Origin: Tubulanus polymorphus
Lineage: Eukaryota > Animalia > Nemertea
Direction: 5' to 3'
DNA length: 64,000 nucleotides
NCBI RefSeq assembly: GCF_964204645.1
Contig: NC_134026.1
Location: 12,485,950-12,549,949 of the forward strand
A program made the translations under genes and the position numbers. Under the pieces are notes generated by a model. That model made no database searches, was not told the DNA's origin, and was given only the letters and a program-made list of their open reading frames with translations. Positions 1 to 10,887 of the stretch are shown here, piece after piece; positions within the stretch are counted from its first letter, which is position 1; each line of letters opens with the position of its first letter.

Positions 1-1
1 T

Positions 2-3000
2 TTACATGTTTATAACACAAAATATAATAAGTTAACTAAATCAAAACCAATAGATGAAAATAATGTATCATATTATAAAGAACCAGATATTGAAGCATCG
101 AGTTATATCAAACTACCATTTAAAACTAATGCTGTTATAAATGTACAAAATGAAGATGATAAATGTTTTCTATGGACAATCATAAGTTGTTTACATCCAA
201 CAGAAGATATTACACATACTTATAGATTAACAAATTATAAACAATTTGAAAATAATTATAAGATAGATAAGTATCCTGTTATAATAAAAAACATCCCAAA
301 AATAGAAAGAGATAATAATTTAAGAATAAATGTATTTGATTTATTCAAATTACCAAATACAAAAGGTAACAATATAAAACATCATACATTAGAACCTTTA
401 TACCTATCAAAAGATTATGATTCAAATGATGTTATAGATATACTATATTATGAGAATCATTATATGTGGATTAAACAAATCGATTTATTTTTTAAATCAG
501 AAAATGATCACCATAAAATATATCTTTGTAGAAAATGTTTACATAAATTCAGTAATGAAAGTACATTATTAAATCATAAACAATTATGTGAAAATCATGA
601 TTATTGTAAATTAGTTTTACCAAATGAAAAGGATAAAATATTAGAATTCAAAAAATATGATTACAAAAATAAAGTACCATTTGTTATATATGGAGATTTT
701 GAATCATTAAATAAAGAACTAACTGATCAAGATAGAAAAGAAATATATTATAAGAGAAAGAAATTAAATTCTAATGAAAATGATTTTTCAGATGAACCAC
801 CAAAAACAAATACTATTAAAAAGATTCATCAATCAGCTGCAGCTTTCGGGTTATATATTAAATCTGATTATCCAGAACTAATTGAAAGTGAATATTATCA
901 TTATAGAAATGAAAATGTTATCAATCATTTTTGTGACTTATTAATTGAATATGAAATAAGATTTAGTAAATTATTGAATACAAATATAGTAATTATAATG
1001 ACAGAAGAAGATAAAGAAGCATTTGCGTTTGCAGGTAAATGTTATTATTGTGAAAAGACATTTAATTATAAAGATAAAAAAGTAAGAGACCATGATCATT
1101 TGAATGGAAAGTTTAGAGGCGCTGCACATGAGAATTGTAATTTACAAGCTAAGAAAATTAATTTTGTACCAGTTATATTTCATAATCTATCAGGATATGA
1201 TGCACATTTATTTATCAAACAGTTATGTCATAAAATAGAAGAAATTAATAATGAAATAGAAAGATTAAATTCAAATAGATCAAAAGATAAAATACGAACT
1301 TATAAATTTAGAATGTTAGCTAAAACATCTGAGAATTATATATCATTCCAATTTGGTTGCCTAAGATTTATAGATTCGTATAGATTTTTAAATAGTTCAT
1401 TAGATAACTTATCAAAATCATTAGTTGATGATGAATTAAAGATATTAAAACAACACTACCCAAATAATGATGATTTTCAATTAATGAGATATAAAGGAGC
1501 AATTCCATATTCATTTTATAAATCACATAATGATTTTAACATAACTGAATTATTAAATGAACAATTCTATGATGAATTAAAAAATGAATATGTTAAAGAT
1601 GAAGTATATAATAGAACATTGAATATTTGGAATCATTTCAAAATAGAAAATCATGGGCAATTCGTAGATTTATATCTAAAATCAGATGTATTATTATTAA
1701 CCGATATATTCGAAAGGTTTAGAGATGTAAACCTAAAATATTTTAACATTGATCCTTGTCATTGTTATTCATCACCAGGATTAACATGGGATTGTGGATT
1801 AAAATTTACAGATATAAAAATGGATTTGTTAACAAATATAGATCAATTACTATTATTTGAAAAATCTATAAGAGGAGGAGTTTCAGGTGTATTAGGTGAC
1901 AGATATTTCAATGTAAATGATAACCCTGGATATAAGTTATTATATATAGATGCAAATAATTTGTATGGTTGGACAATGATGGAACCACAACCATATGGAG
2001 TATTAGAAATAAGTGAAGTTTTACAGAATGAAAATAATGATAAATTTGATTGGAAGAAAAGAATCCTAGATATTGCAGATGATTCAGATACTGGTTACTT
2101 CTTTGTTGTAGATTTAGAATATCCTGAACATATTAAATTTAAATCTAGACATCTAGCTTACTGCCCAGAACATAAAACTGTAACTCATGAAGAATTATCA
2201 AATTACCAAAAAAGAATTAAACCCGAAAATCATATTCATACAGAAAAGTTAATGGTAACTCAAGAAGATAAATATAATTATGTAGTACATTATAGAATGT
2301 TGAAGTTTTATTTGAATCAAGGAATGGTTCTAAAAAAAGTACATAGATATATTTCATTTAGTCAATCTAAATGGTTAGAAAAATATATAGATTTTAACAC
2401 CAAACAGAGAACTGAAGCTAAAACTGATTTCGAAAAAGATTTCTTCAAGTTAATGAATAATGCATTCTATGGTAAGACTTGTGAAAATATTAGAAATAGA
2501 AATGATATTGAGTTAGTTAGTAATGGTAAAAGAATTAGACATTTACAATCATATCCTAAGTTCATTGGTAACAGAATATTTGATGAAAATTTAGCTGCAG
2601 TTAAAATGAGAAGAACATCAATGAAATTTAATAAACCGATCTATGTTGGCGCTTCAGTTTTAGAAATATCAAAATTACTAATGTATGAATTCTATTATAA
2701 TGTATTACAACCACTTTTTGGAGAAAAACATATAGAAATATTATATTTTGATACCGACAGTTACATATTAAAGATAAAAACTGATAACATAACAGATGAT
2801 TTAAAAACATTAAAACATCATTTTGATTTTAGTAACTATCCTAAAGATCATGAATTGTTTAGCAATGACAATAAAAAAGTTCCCGGTAAATTCAAAGATG
2901 AATTAGGTGGTGAAGAAATGATTGAATTCATTGGTATTAGATCTAAAATGTATTCATATAAAACTAAAGAACATGACGCTAAAAAGTTAAAAGGAATAAC

Positions 3001-3283
3001 AAAAAGTATAGTAGAAAAGAATATTCATTTCAAAGATTACATCAATTGTATATTCAATGAAGAAGTTAGAAAACATAAGATGAGATGTTTAAGATCTGAA
3101 GATCATGAAATGTTTATTGAAGAAATTGAAAAGATAAGTCTAAACCCATTTGATGATAAAAGATATATTTTAGATGATGGAATTCATACAGTTGATTATG
3201 GTTGCAATGTAGATGAATACTTAAAATTTAAAAGAGAAGAAACAAAAGAGAACGAGATAATGAAAAGAATTCTAACGTGTTAA
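2..3283 (+). CDS. Protein-primed family B DNA polymerase (pPolB), 5'-partial
   Basis: Frame is open from base 2. Motifs: YGDFES, FHNLSGYDAH, YIDANNLYG, KLMNNAFYGK, YFDTDS. Endonuclease VII-like insert CYYC..DHDHLNGKFRGAAHENCN. Upstream NVQNEDDKCFLW...NHYMWI resembles the vOTU-like domain of Polinton pPolBs. Confidence 0.96.
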   Translation, partial: LHVYNTKYNKLTKSKPIDENNVSYYKEPDIEASSYIKLPFKTNAVINVQNEDDKCFLWTIISCLHPTEDITHTYRLTNYKQFENNYKIDKYPVIIKNIPKIERDNNLRINVFDLFKLPNTKGNNIKHHTLEPLYLSKDYDSNDVIDILYYENHYMWIKQIDLFFKSENDHHKIYLCRKCLHKFSNESTLLNHKQLCENHDYCKLVLPNEKDKILEFKKYDYKNKVPFVIYGDFESLNKELTDQDRKEIYYKRKKLNSNENDFSDEPPKTNTIKKIHQSAAAFGLYIKSDYPELIESEYYHYRNENVINHFCDLLIEYEIRFSKLLNTNIVIIMTEEDKEAFAFAGKCYYCEKTFNYKDKKVRDHDHLNGKFRGAAHENCNLQAKKINFVPVIFHNLSGYDAHLFIKQLCHKIEEINNEIERLNSNRSKDKIRTYKFRMLAKTSENYISFQFGCLRFIDSYRFLNSSLDNLSKSLVDDELKILKQHYPNNDDFQLMRYKGAIPYSFYKSHNDFNITELLNEQFYDELKNEYVKDEVYNRTLNIWNHFKIENHGQFVDLYLKSDVLLLTDIFERFRDVNLKYFNIDPCHCYSSPGLTWDCGLKFTDIKMDLLTNIDQLLLFEKSIRGGVSGVLGDRYFNVNDNPGYKLLYIDANNLYGWTMMEPQPYGVLEISEVLQNENNDKFDWKKRILDIADDSDTGYFFVVDLEYPEHIKFKSRHLAYCPEHKTVTHEELSNYQKRIKPENHIHTEKLMVTQEDKYNYVVHYRMLKFYLNQGMVLKKVHRYISFSQSKWLEKYIDFNTKQRTEAKTDFEKDFFKLMNNAFYGKTCENIRNRNDIELVSNGKRIRHLQSYPKFIGNRIFDENLAAVKMRRTSMKFNKPIYVGASVLEISKLLMYEFYYNVLQPLFGEKHIEILYFDTDSYILKIKTDNITDDLKTLKHHFDFSNYPKDHELFSNDNKKVPGKFKDELGGEEMIEFIGIRSKMYSYKTKEHDAKKLKGITKSIVEKNIHFKDYINCIFNEEVRKHKMRCLRSEDHEMFIEEIEKISLNPFDDKRYILDDGIHTVDYGCNVDEYLKFKREETKENEIMKRILTC

Positions 3284-3312
3284 TCAAATTTTAATAAAAA
3301 TATGTTATTAAG

Positions 3313-3666
3313 ATGGAGAGTAAACAAGCGAACAGTGAGAAAAACAAATTATTTCTAGATAGAATAAAAGATACTACAAATATAAAATCTGTAGATTATA
3401 AGTTCAAAAAGTTAACAGAATTAACAATCCATAAGAAATATCTAATTACAAATATTGATACAGTTACTAATAACTATGGAGATAAATTAGTTATACACAT
3501 TGAATATGAAGGATTAAAAGGAAATACATAGTAATTCAGAACATATTTACCGGATAGATTTCATAGATTATCAAGTGAAGACTTAGAAGAATTATGTTCT
3601 GGAGATTTCTATTTCGTATACAAAGGTAAGAATGAAAAAGGGCACCATGAAATAGATTTCGAATAA
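3313..3666 (+). pseudogene. Small Polinton protein (117 aa in copy C) with premature TAG at 3529-3531
   Basis: Colinear with the intact ORF 59442..59795; function unknown. Confidence 0.8.
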
Positions 3667-3683
3667 GAAAATATGTAAAATAA

Positions 3684-4948
3684 ATGGCGGAATTAAAAGA
3701 ATACAGAAAATTTGTTGATTCTAGAAGACTTACAAATTATAAATCACATAATTTACTAGTACAATTAGATAGAGAATTCAAGAATTGTGTAGACTTAAAA
3801 TTAGTTAATATAAGTTTATGTAATTCCTTTTACAATATATCGAATAAAACTATTGAACATAGAGCCCTTTTTAATTTTTAATAAGAATAAAAATGAATGG
3901 GCCTATATATATTTGAAACAAGGGTTATATAATTTAGATACATTAGCACAAGAAATTAATAGAAAAGCCTGGCACAAATTAGGTAGTAGTTCTGGGTTTA
4001 GTGTAACCGGCTGGTTGTTGTATCGGCAGGCTGGCTGGGGAACTAGCATTTACACCAGCGGTACAGGATTCCATCCATCAGGAACAACAAGGCAGTTAAA
4101 CCTTATATGTACAATCTTTATTGCATCCCGGAATGAGAATGATTATCATAGCTTTACATAGTCTTTATATACAGAATCATGAGTATAATGTGAGAATTAG
4201 GTGTCAGACAAGTTGTAGACATCAGGACTCACAAACAAACACCTAGTGACATGTTTGAGAGACATTAATTAATTATCGATGAGCACTGACTATAGCTAAT
4301 TATTGTGAAAACATATTGAGTAATGTCACATGTTGATTACGACCTTAAAGCACATATTGACACTATAGTCATAAGTTATATTATATTATTATTATTATTA
4401 TTATTATGTAGTAGTAGAGCTATGAAATGTTATGAACTGTTCGATATGACATTGTAGATCTATATGATTACGAAATATGCAAATTATATCAGGGTGACAT
4501 TAGTATTAGATTTTTAAAAAGTGAGAGTTCTGATAGAATAAAGATAAGGTTGTCTAATAGTGAAAAACATAAATTTATGGTAAAAAAACCTATAGCTAAA
4601 CTGTTAGGAATTCTTCCAGATAGATCTTTTACAAATATTGACGCTACTACACCAAACTTAATACCTTACACACATTTTTATATTTATTGCAATTTAATCG
4701 ATCCTACAAAAACATTCGAAGCAACTAAAGATATAACTTGTAATTCTGGTTTATTAAACATTTTACCATTGAAGAATGTTAAAGAATTTGGAATGCAAAT
4801 AAATTATAATTTAACAGAATGTGATTTCAAACCATGCATTCCTCGTTTTAATAATTTTAGATTAGAAATTAGAAATCATAATGGATACTTAATTGATTTA
4901 AATAATTTCCCTGTAATTTATGAATTAGTTATAAGATGTAGAGAGTAA
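3684..4948 (+). pseudogene. Putative minor capsid (penton-like) gene, frameshifted and split by a solo LTR
   Basis: N-terminal FVDSRR..LVNISLCNSFYNI and C-terminal FYIYCNLI..LNILPL..FRLEIRNHNGYLIDLNN pattern typical of Polinton minor capsid proteins. Removing 4002-4499 restores colinearity with 59813..60571. Confidence 0.75.
4002..4499. mobile_element. Solo LTR (498 bp), probably Gypsy-type
   Basis: TGTAACC...GGTGACA termini, 4-bp TSD TTAG (3998-4001 and 4500-4503), absent from copy C, internal (TAT)n tract. Confidence 0.85.
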
Positions 4949-4965
4949 TTTTTTTCACTATATAA

Positions 4966-5307
4966 ATGAATATAACTGTTGGACCGAGTATATGTTTTGG
5001 GTTTGATTTTAAACATGGTAAAGAAATGAGAATTAAACTAAATGATGTAATTACTGATATAAAAAGTAAATCATTTAAAAATGCATCAATGATTGATAAA
5101 GAAAATTATAATATAGAAAAAGTAATTGATTTAATTAAAACGCCTTTAGAATATTATGAATTAAATGAAGATGGAATTATTGAAGATATCAAAAACATAT
5201 TATCCAAAATATATGATAATCATCAAAGTAGTAATGAAATAAATGTTGAATTAATCATAAATAAGATAACTAAATATTTTGAAGATAGTAATTTTTTTGA
5301 TAAATAA
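4966..5307 (+). CDS. Hypothetical Polinton protein, 113 aa
   Basis: Orthologue at 60589..60945 shares both termini; TAAATG start. Confidence 0.75.
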   Translation: MNITVGPSICFGFDFKHGKEMRIKLNDVITDIKSKSFKNASMIDKENYNIEKVIDLIKTPLEYYELNEDGIIEDIKNILSKIYDNHQSSNEINVELIINKITKYFEDSNFFDK

Positions 5308-5530
5308 ATGAGTGATAATAAGTGGATAATAACTGGATTATATAATGGAGCATTACTATCAGTTGGAACTGTTGGTTATTCAATGGTATTAAAAAAAAGT
5401 ATTCAAAATGGGAAGTGTTAATGTTGATAGATTAGACATCAATGATATTTTAAAATTAACATAAGCAGTTACTCTATCTAATTTAACTATTGATTATTTA
5501 GAAAAACAAAAATATATTCCTCCCATATAA
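5308..5530 (+). pseudogene. Small hydrophobic Polinton protein, frameshifted in an A-run
   Basis: Matches intact 73-aa ORF 60946..61167. Confidence 0.75.
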
Positions 5531-5555
5531 ATGCATAATTTTTTTTGCTAAATAA

Positions 5556-5978
5556 ATGGCTTCTGCAATTATAACTATTATAGGATCGGCAATTGTTAAC
5601 GCTTTGGCATTTACTGGTGGTGGATATTTATTTAAACATATTGATAAAAATAGTTCATTAGGAGAACAAAGAAGACATAACTTAGCGTTAGAGAAATACA
5701 ATAAAGCTGCAGAAGAATATAGAGAAAAAAGACAAAACTATATGGATTACATCAATAAAGAATTATATGATCAGAAGATTTCACATAGAGATTTTCAATC
5801 AGTTGATGATGCAATGAGTTTATATAACGCGGTAACAAATAAAGAAAAATTACATCTATACAAACCTAAATTATCAGATTATTATACCCCTAGTAAAGAA
5901 CAACAGAAATATGAAATAATTTGGATTTTAGGCGGAACAGTTATTGCTATATTTGTAGCATATAAATTTACTAATTAG
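5556..5978 (+). CDS. Polinton protein with N- and C-terminal hydrophobic segments, 140 aa
   Basis: Near-identical to 61192..61614; IIGSAIVNALAFTGGGYLF and IIWILGGTVIAIFVAY. Confidence 0.85.
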   Translation: MASAIITIIGSAIVNALAFTGGGYLFKHIDKNSSLGEQRRHNLALEKYNKAAEEYREKRQNYMDYINKELYDQKISHRDFQSVDDAMSLYNAVTNKEKLHLYKPKLSDYYTPSKEQQKYEIIWILGGTVIAIFVAYKFTN

Positions 5979-5998
5979 TAATTTTTATTTCTAATTAA

Positions 5999-6430
5999 AT
6001 GGAAGATAAAGTTGACAATATTGATATTATTCCTCATGATATAAATAAAACTAAATTAAAAACATATTTAGATAAACAAATATTAGAATTTGAAAGTGAC
6101 TTAAAGATAAAAAAGAAAAAATATTTAAAAAGTAAAATTATATATCTTATTATAAGTGGTTCGGTTACAATTAGTTCTGTAATAACATTTCTAGCAATAT
6201 TCAGTCCATTAACACCTTTAGCTATATCAATTGGTGTGTTAGGATTAAGTTCAAGTGTTTTAACTGGTATAAGTTCAAAATTGAATATAAAAAGTAATAA
6301 AGAAAAAATTAAAACTAATATAAAAGAAATTAATAAATTAAAGAATACACTAGATTATATAATAAGTTTAAATGGTCATATAACAGTTGAAGAACAAGAT
6401 AAATTATTAAAAGAATTAATAAATTATTAA
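5999..6430 (+). CDS. Two-TM / coiled-coil Polinton protein, 143 aa
   Basis: Near-identical to 61634..62068; two hydrophobic helices flanked by basic coiled segments. Confidence 0.85.
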   Translation: MEDKVDNIDIIPHDINKTKLKTYLDKQILEFESDLKIKKKKYLKSKIIYLIISGSVTISSVITFLAIFSPLTPLAISIGVLGLSSSVLTGISSKLNIKSNKEKIKTNIKEINKLKNTLDYIISLNGHITVEEQDKLLKELINY

Positions 6431-6446
6431 TTTTTTAATTATATAA

Positions 6447-7831
6447 ATGGCAGACAGTTTTCCAAAAGCTTTCCAATATAATAAATCAATTAAATATAAT
6501 ATTCCAGCAATAGATTTTAATAAAGATATTACATATAGAAATGAAGTTTTAGATTCATTAACTAATTTAGAAATTTATGTTACTGAAACTAATAATTTTA
6601 ATGCAAAGATGGAAAATATATTACATGTATATTTAATTAATTTTGAAAAATTGAAAGATGAAAAACAATGGTTATTAAAATCTAATATGAAGTATTGGCA
6701 GAACCAATTAAATCTTGCTGTTTATTGTGCAACAACAGGATGTGGAATTAGTTGGAATGATCATTTGAATAATTCTAAATATAAATTAATTCAAAGTTTA
6801 TTTAGATTTCATACATACTTTCAAATCAGAATAATATTAAATGAAGTAGAGTGCGCTTTACCAGGATCTAGATATTTTAAAGAATTAGATAATAATATTA
6901 ATTTATCAAAGTTTTATAAAATTTGTAATGAATTTAATATAGATATAAATAATTCTGATTTTAGAACAAAAATTGGAACAATAAGATCACTTCCTTGCCC
7001 TAAAAAGATTGCTGAATATTGTGCACTTCCCATACCATCTAATAGTTTGTATAATATCTATAGTAATAAATTAGGTTATGGTAAAATAGAAACTAAGGAT
7101 TTAGAAACATTAAATTTCAATAAATTACCGACATTTTATGATAATTTAAAACAAGAAAACAATAATGGTTGGGTTTATTTCATTTTAGAAAATAATGAAG
7201 GTTTTACAAAATCAGGTATACAAAGAATCAATCTATTAGAACTTATTTGATATGTATTCTAGGTGCACAAGTTGAAACAAGATCACCGATAATTGGAAAT
7301 TTAAATACATCATTCGATACACAAAAACAATTTAAAGTTTTATTTGAAGATTCCATACATAATGATAAAAATAGATCGATTCCAGAAAACATTGTAAGAT
7401 ATCAAAATTATTTAGATAAATCACATATTAGATTAAATTATTGTATAGGCCCTAATCTATTAATTATTTCTAATGATTTAGTACTAAAGATGGGAAACAT
7501 AATTGGTTATAATAATCTAATTAAAACTGCAACAATAAATAATCCATTTGGGTTAAATGATATAAATAAAAAGATTATTACTGCTCCAAAATTAATGGAA
7601 GGAGAAAAAAATAAAAAACACATTCAATCAACTGAAACTAAAACTAATAATATTACATTAAATAATGATTCTAAAATAAAAGATTACAATACATCAGAAA
7701 ATATAAGAACTGATATTATTCAACATGATATAATTAAAACTAATGATGATAATAAATCCCATGAAAATGCTAAATTAGCTATAACTTGTATAGGAATTGT
7801 AATCGGAGGAATATTATATTTTAAATTTTAA
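6447..7831 (+). pseudogene. Conserved Polinton protein (~460 aa, C-terminal TM), one frameshift near 7230
   Basis: ORFs 6447..7250 and 7247..7831 are one frame in copy C (QRINQSIRTYLICILGAQ); WQNQLNxAVYCATTGCGIS motif. Confidence 0.8.
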
Positions 7832-7847
7832 TTTTTTTATTATATAA

Positions 7848-9567
7848 ATGGATGTAGAAGGTGGAGAAGATATTCCATTGGATCCTTTAGATGAACCTGG
7901 TATAAGTGATGAACAACAACCTGATTTTAGTGAAACAAGTTTTAATGACGGTAATGAGCCAGAATATAATACTAATTTAGGTGAAGATGATGATTATGAT
8001 GATGATTATGATGGAATTAATTCCGAATTACGTGAAAAATTAAATAAATATTTAAAAGCTCCTGAAAGTGGTAGAATTTCAACTAGAAGAGAAAGAAAAG
8101 AATTTATGGAACTATTAGAAAAACAACAAGAAAAATATCCTGATAAACCTATGGAATTATATAGAATGAAATCTAGAGTAACAGATACAATTGTTAACGA
8201 ATTATTACCAAAAGTTGTAATAGATGAAATTGATACTGAAGATGTTGTAGAACAAATTTCAAGATGACCCATATTTCACGAATAATTCAGAATTTAAAAA
8301 TGATTCATGGTATTATAATCTTGAATTAAATAGGAATACTGTATCAATTCAATTATCTAGAATGGGTCAAGAAAATATTTTTGAACCTGGAATGCGAGCA
8401 TTATCTACAATTGAAGATTCAAAAGGTGGTAGAGAATTTCTCAGAATTATATGGAATGCAATCGATAGAATAAATGAAGAAGAACCAATTCCTAATATTG
8501 ATATAAACAAATATTCACCATTTAAAAATCCAAATCCAAATCCTACTGATCTTGATCCAGAAACTGATGAAGATTTTGCAAATCGATTAGATAAATTAAG
8601 ATCTTCAACGCCCGAAACATCGAGAAGAGACACTCAACAAATTGATAATGATTCAAGTCAATTACAATTAACATTTGAAAAACAAATTGATAGATTAAGA
8701 GATTCAGAAGAACTGATGAATAGTATATCAGATACATCTGGTTCTGAAACTGGAATAAATCGAATACAATCTTTACTAGAAAAAGGATTACTTGATTTAA
8801 CTGATGATGAATTAGAAGCATTTCCTGAACAAGCACGTAGAGAAATTAAAGGTATGCAAGAATCAGCTGGTGAAATTGCTAATACTAAGATGAGATTTTC
8901 TAAAATAACCATGTTAGAAAAAGAATTAACTAATGCAAATGAAGAATTAAAACAATTAGAATTAAATAGAGATCTTCAATTAATCGAGGAAGCTGATTAT
9001 GAAAGCAGAAAGTTAGCTTTAGAAAAAGAAATAGATGATTTAAAATATAACAAAGAATTACAGGAAAAAGAAAGAGATACATTATTAAAATCATATGATC
9101 TTAATCATATTAAAAAATTAAAAGTTATTTTTAAAGATTTGTTGATAAAACCAGATTCTAAAATATCATTGAAAGATAGAATAAAGTTATTATTTAAATT
9201 AGAAAGAATAACAATTCTTTCAATTCTAACAGCTGTAACTATGTTATTTACAACAATTGGTTTAGCAATATCAAATGCTTTAAAATCTACGCCTACTCCC
9301 AATAAACCGGATAAACCCCCAGATAATAGTTCTATACAAGATAAAGTTAAAGATAGTTTAAAGAAATTAGCAAAATATTTATGGGAACTATCTAAAAAAT
9401 CTGCTGCAGCTTTACCAGGAATTATTGCATCAATTGTTGGTTTTATATTGAAATCTGCAGGAAACATTATTAACTTTGCTGCTGAACATATTATTTTATT
9501 TTTAATTACAGTTGTAAGTGCTATTATTTTTGGGTTAGTGAATATGATATCAAAAAATATCAAGTAA
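7848..9567 (+). pseudogene. Large acidic / coiled-coil protein with C-terminal hydrophobic helices, disrupted near 8265-8360
   Basis: N-terminus matches 63423; C-terminus matches 43543-44332; lies directly upstream of the major capsid gene. Confidence 0.7.
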
Positions 9568-9607
9568 ACATGATAAAAAATAAATAATTAATTTTTTTGT
9601 TAAATAA

Positions 9608-10855
9608 ATGAGTGGGAGTTATATAAGTCCTTCTAAGATTTCTAGAATATCTAATGCTATTAAAGCAGAAAGATCACATCATATAATTACACATAATCCT
9701 TCTAACATTAATCCTGATGAAACTTTATATGTTAGAATTCCTCGATTAACATAAAATACTTTTTATGTTCCAAATAGTATTTATTTATCAGCCGATATAA
9801 AAGTAATCGGTAATAATAATAATTATGTTGTTGATAATGTTGGAAGGTATTTGATTAAAAAGTTAACAATAAAGATTGGTCCAGAAACAGTTTTCTCATT
9901 AGATGATTATAATTTATTTATGCATTATAAAGATTTATGGTTAACTAAAGAAAATAGAAATAATATGATATTTCAAGGCATCCAATCAGAAAACCAAAAT
10001 AAATTAAGATCAGAAGCTAATAGCGCAATATTAACTAATGCTGTAGATAAATTGATAAAAAGTATATATGGAAGCAAATATAAAATTCCATTAGACTTTG
10101 AATTGATAAATAACAATGCACCTTTATATAAATACGCAATTCAAGAAGACGTTATATTCGAAATAACATTTGCTCCTGTTAATGAAATTGTAATATCTAG
10201 CGTTAATAAAGATATGAGTTATAAATTATCGAATATATGTTTCGAATATGATACAGTAACTGATGAAAATATTTCAAGTATAATTCAAACTCAATACAAT
10301 CAAGGAGTTTCATTATTATATGATTATATTGATAAATTTAAAACCGTAACTATTAATGCAAATGATGAAATTATTAATGAGAATATTAACTTCCCAAGAA
10401 GATCTATTAAAGGTATATTAATATTTTTTACCATTGCAACATATACTAATTGTGCAATAAATGTTGATAATTATTATAATCCTGAAATAACAAAAGTAGA
10501 AATAACTATCGAAGGAATAGCAAATAAAACATTTTGTCAAGGAATGAGAATGATAGATCAATGGCCAGAAATTAGAAAACATTTTATGAATGAAAAAGTA
10601 AAATCATTTGAAAATTGTAATATTAATCAAATTGATTATTATACCGGTAATAAATATGCGTTATGGTTAGATTTTAGAACAACAGAGGATAATTCATTAC
10701 ATGGTTCTGGAAAAAAATTACAGAACACTAAAGATGGAATACAATTATTCATGACAAAGAAAAGAGGAGACAAAAATTTTAAAATGCACATTTATATTAT
10801 ATCTGACGCGCAATTAAATATTGTAAATTCACAATTACATAGTGTTATGTATTAA
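9608..10855 (+). pseudogene. Major capsid protein (double jelly-roll, inferred), premature TAA at 9753-9755
   Basis: ~415 codons; HNPSNINPDETLYVRIP, YKIPLDFEL, NFPRRSIKGILIFF, YALWLDFRTTEDNSLHGSG, DAQLNI pattern of Polinton MCPs; second copy at 44353. Confidence 0.85.
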
Positions 10856-10887
10856 AATTTTAACTTTAATAAAAATATATATAATAA

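Noticed and set aside
8006-9563. Minus-strand ORFs 8006..8272, 8367..8633, 8543..8836, 8658..8912, 9105..9563 (and similar shadows such as 2628..2810, 13949..14224, 43873..44388, 54331..54714)
   Set aside because: Antisense shadows of real genes, with no motifs or independent start signals.
3529-9755. Stop-codon readthrough or an alternative genetic code in Polinton genes
   Set aside because: In-frame stops are of all three types, differ between copies and co-occur with frameshifts, so they are decay or sequencing error.
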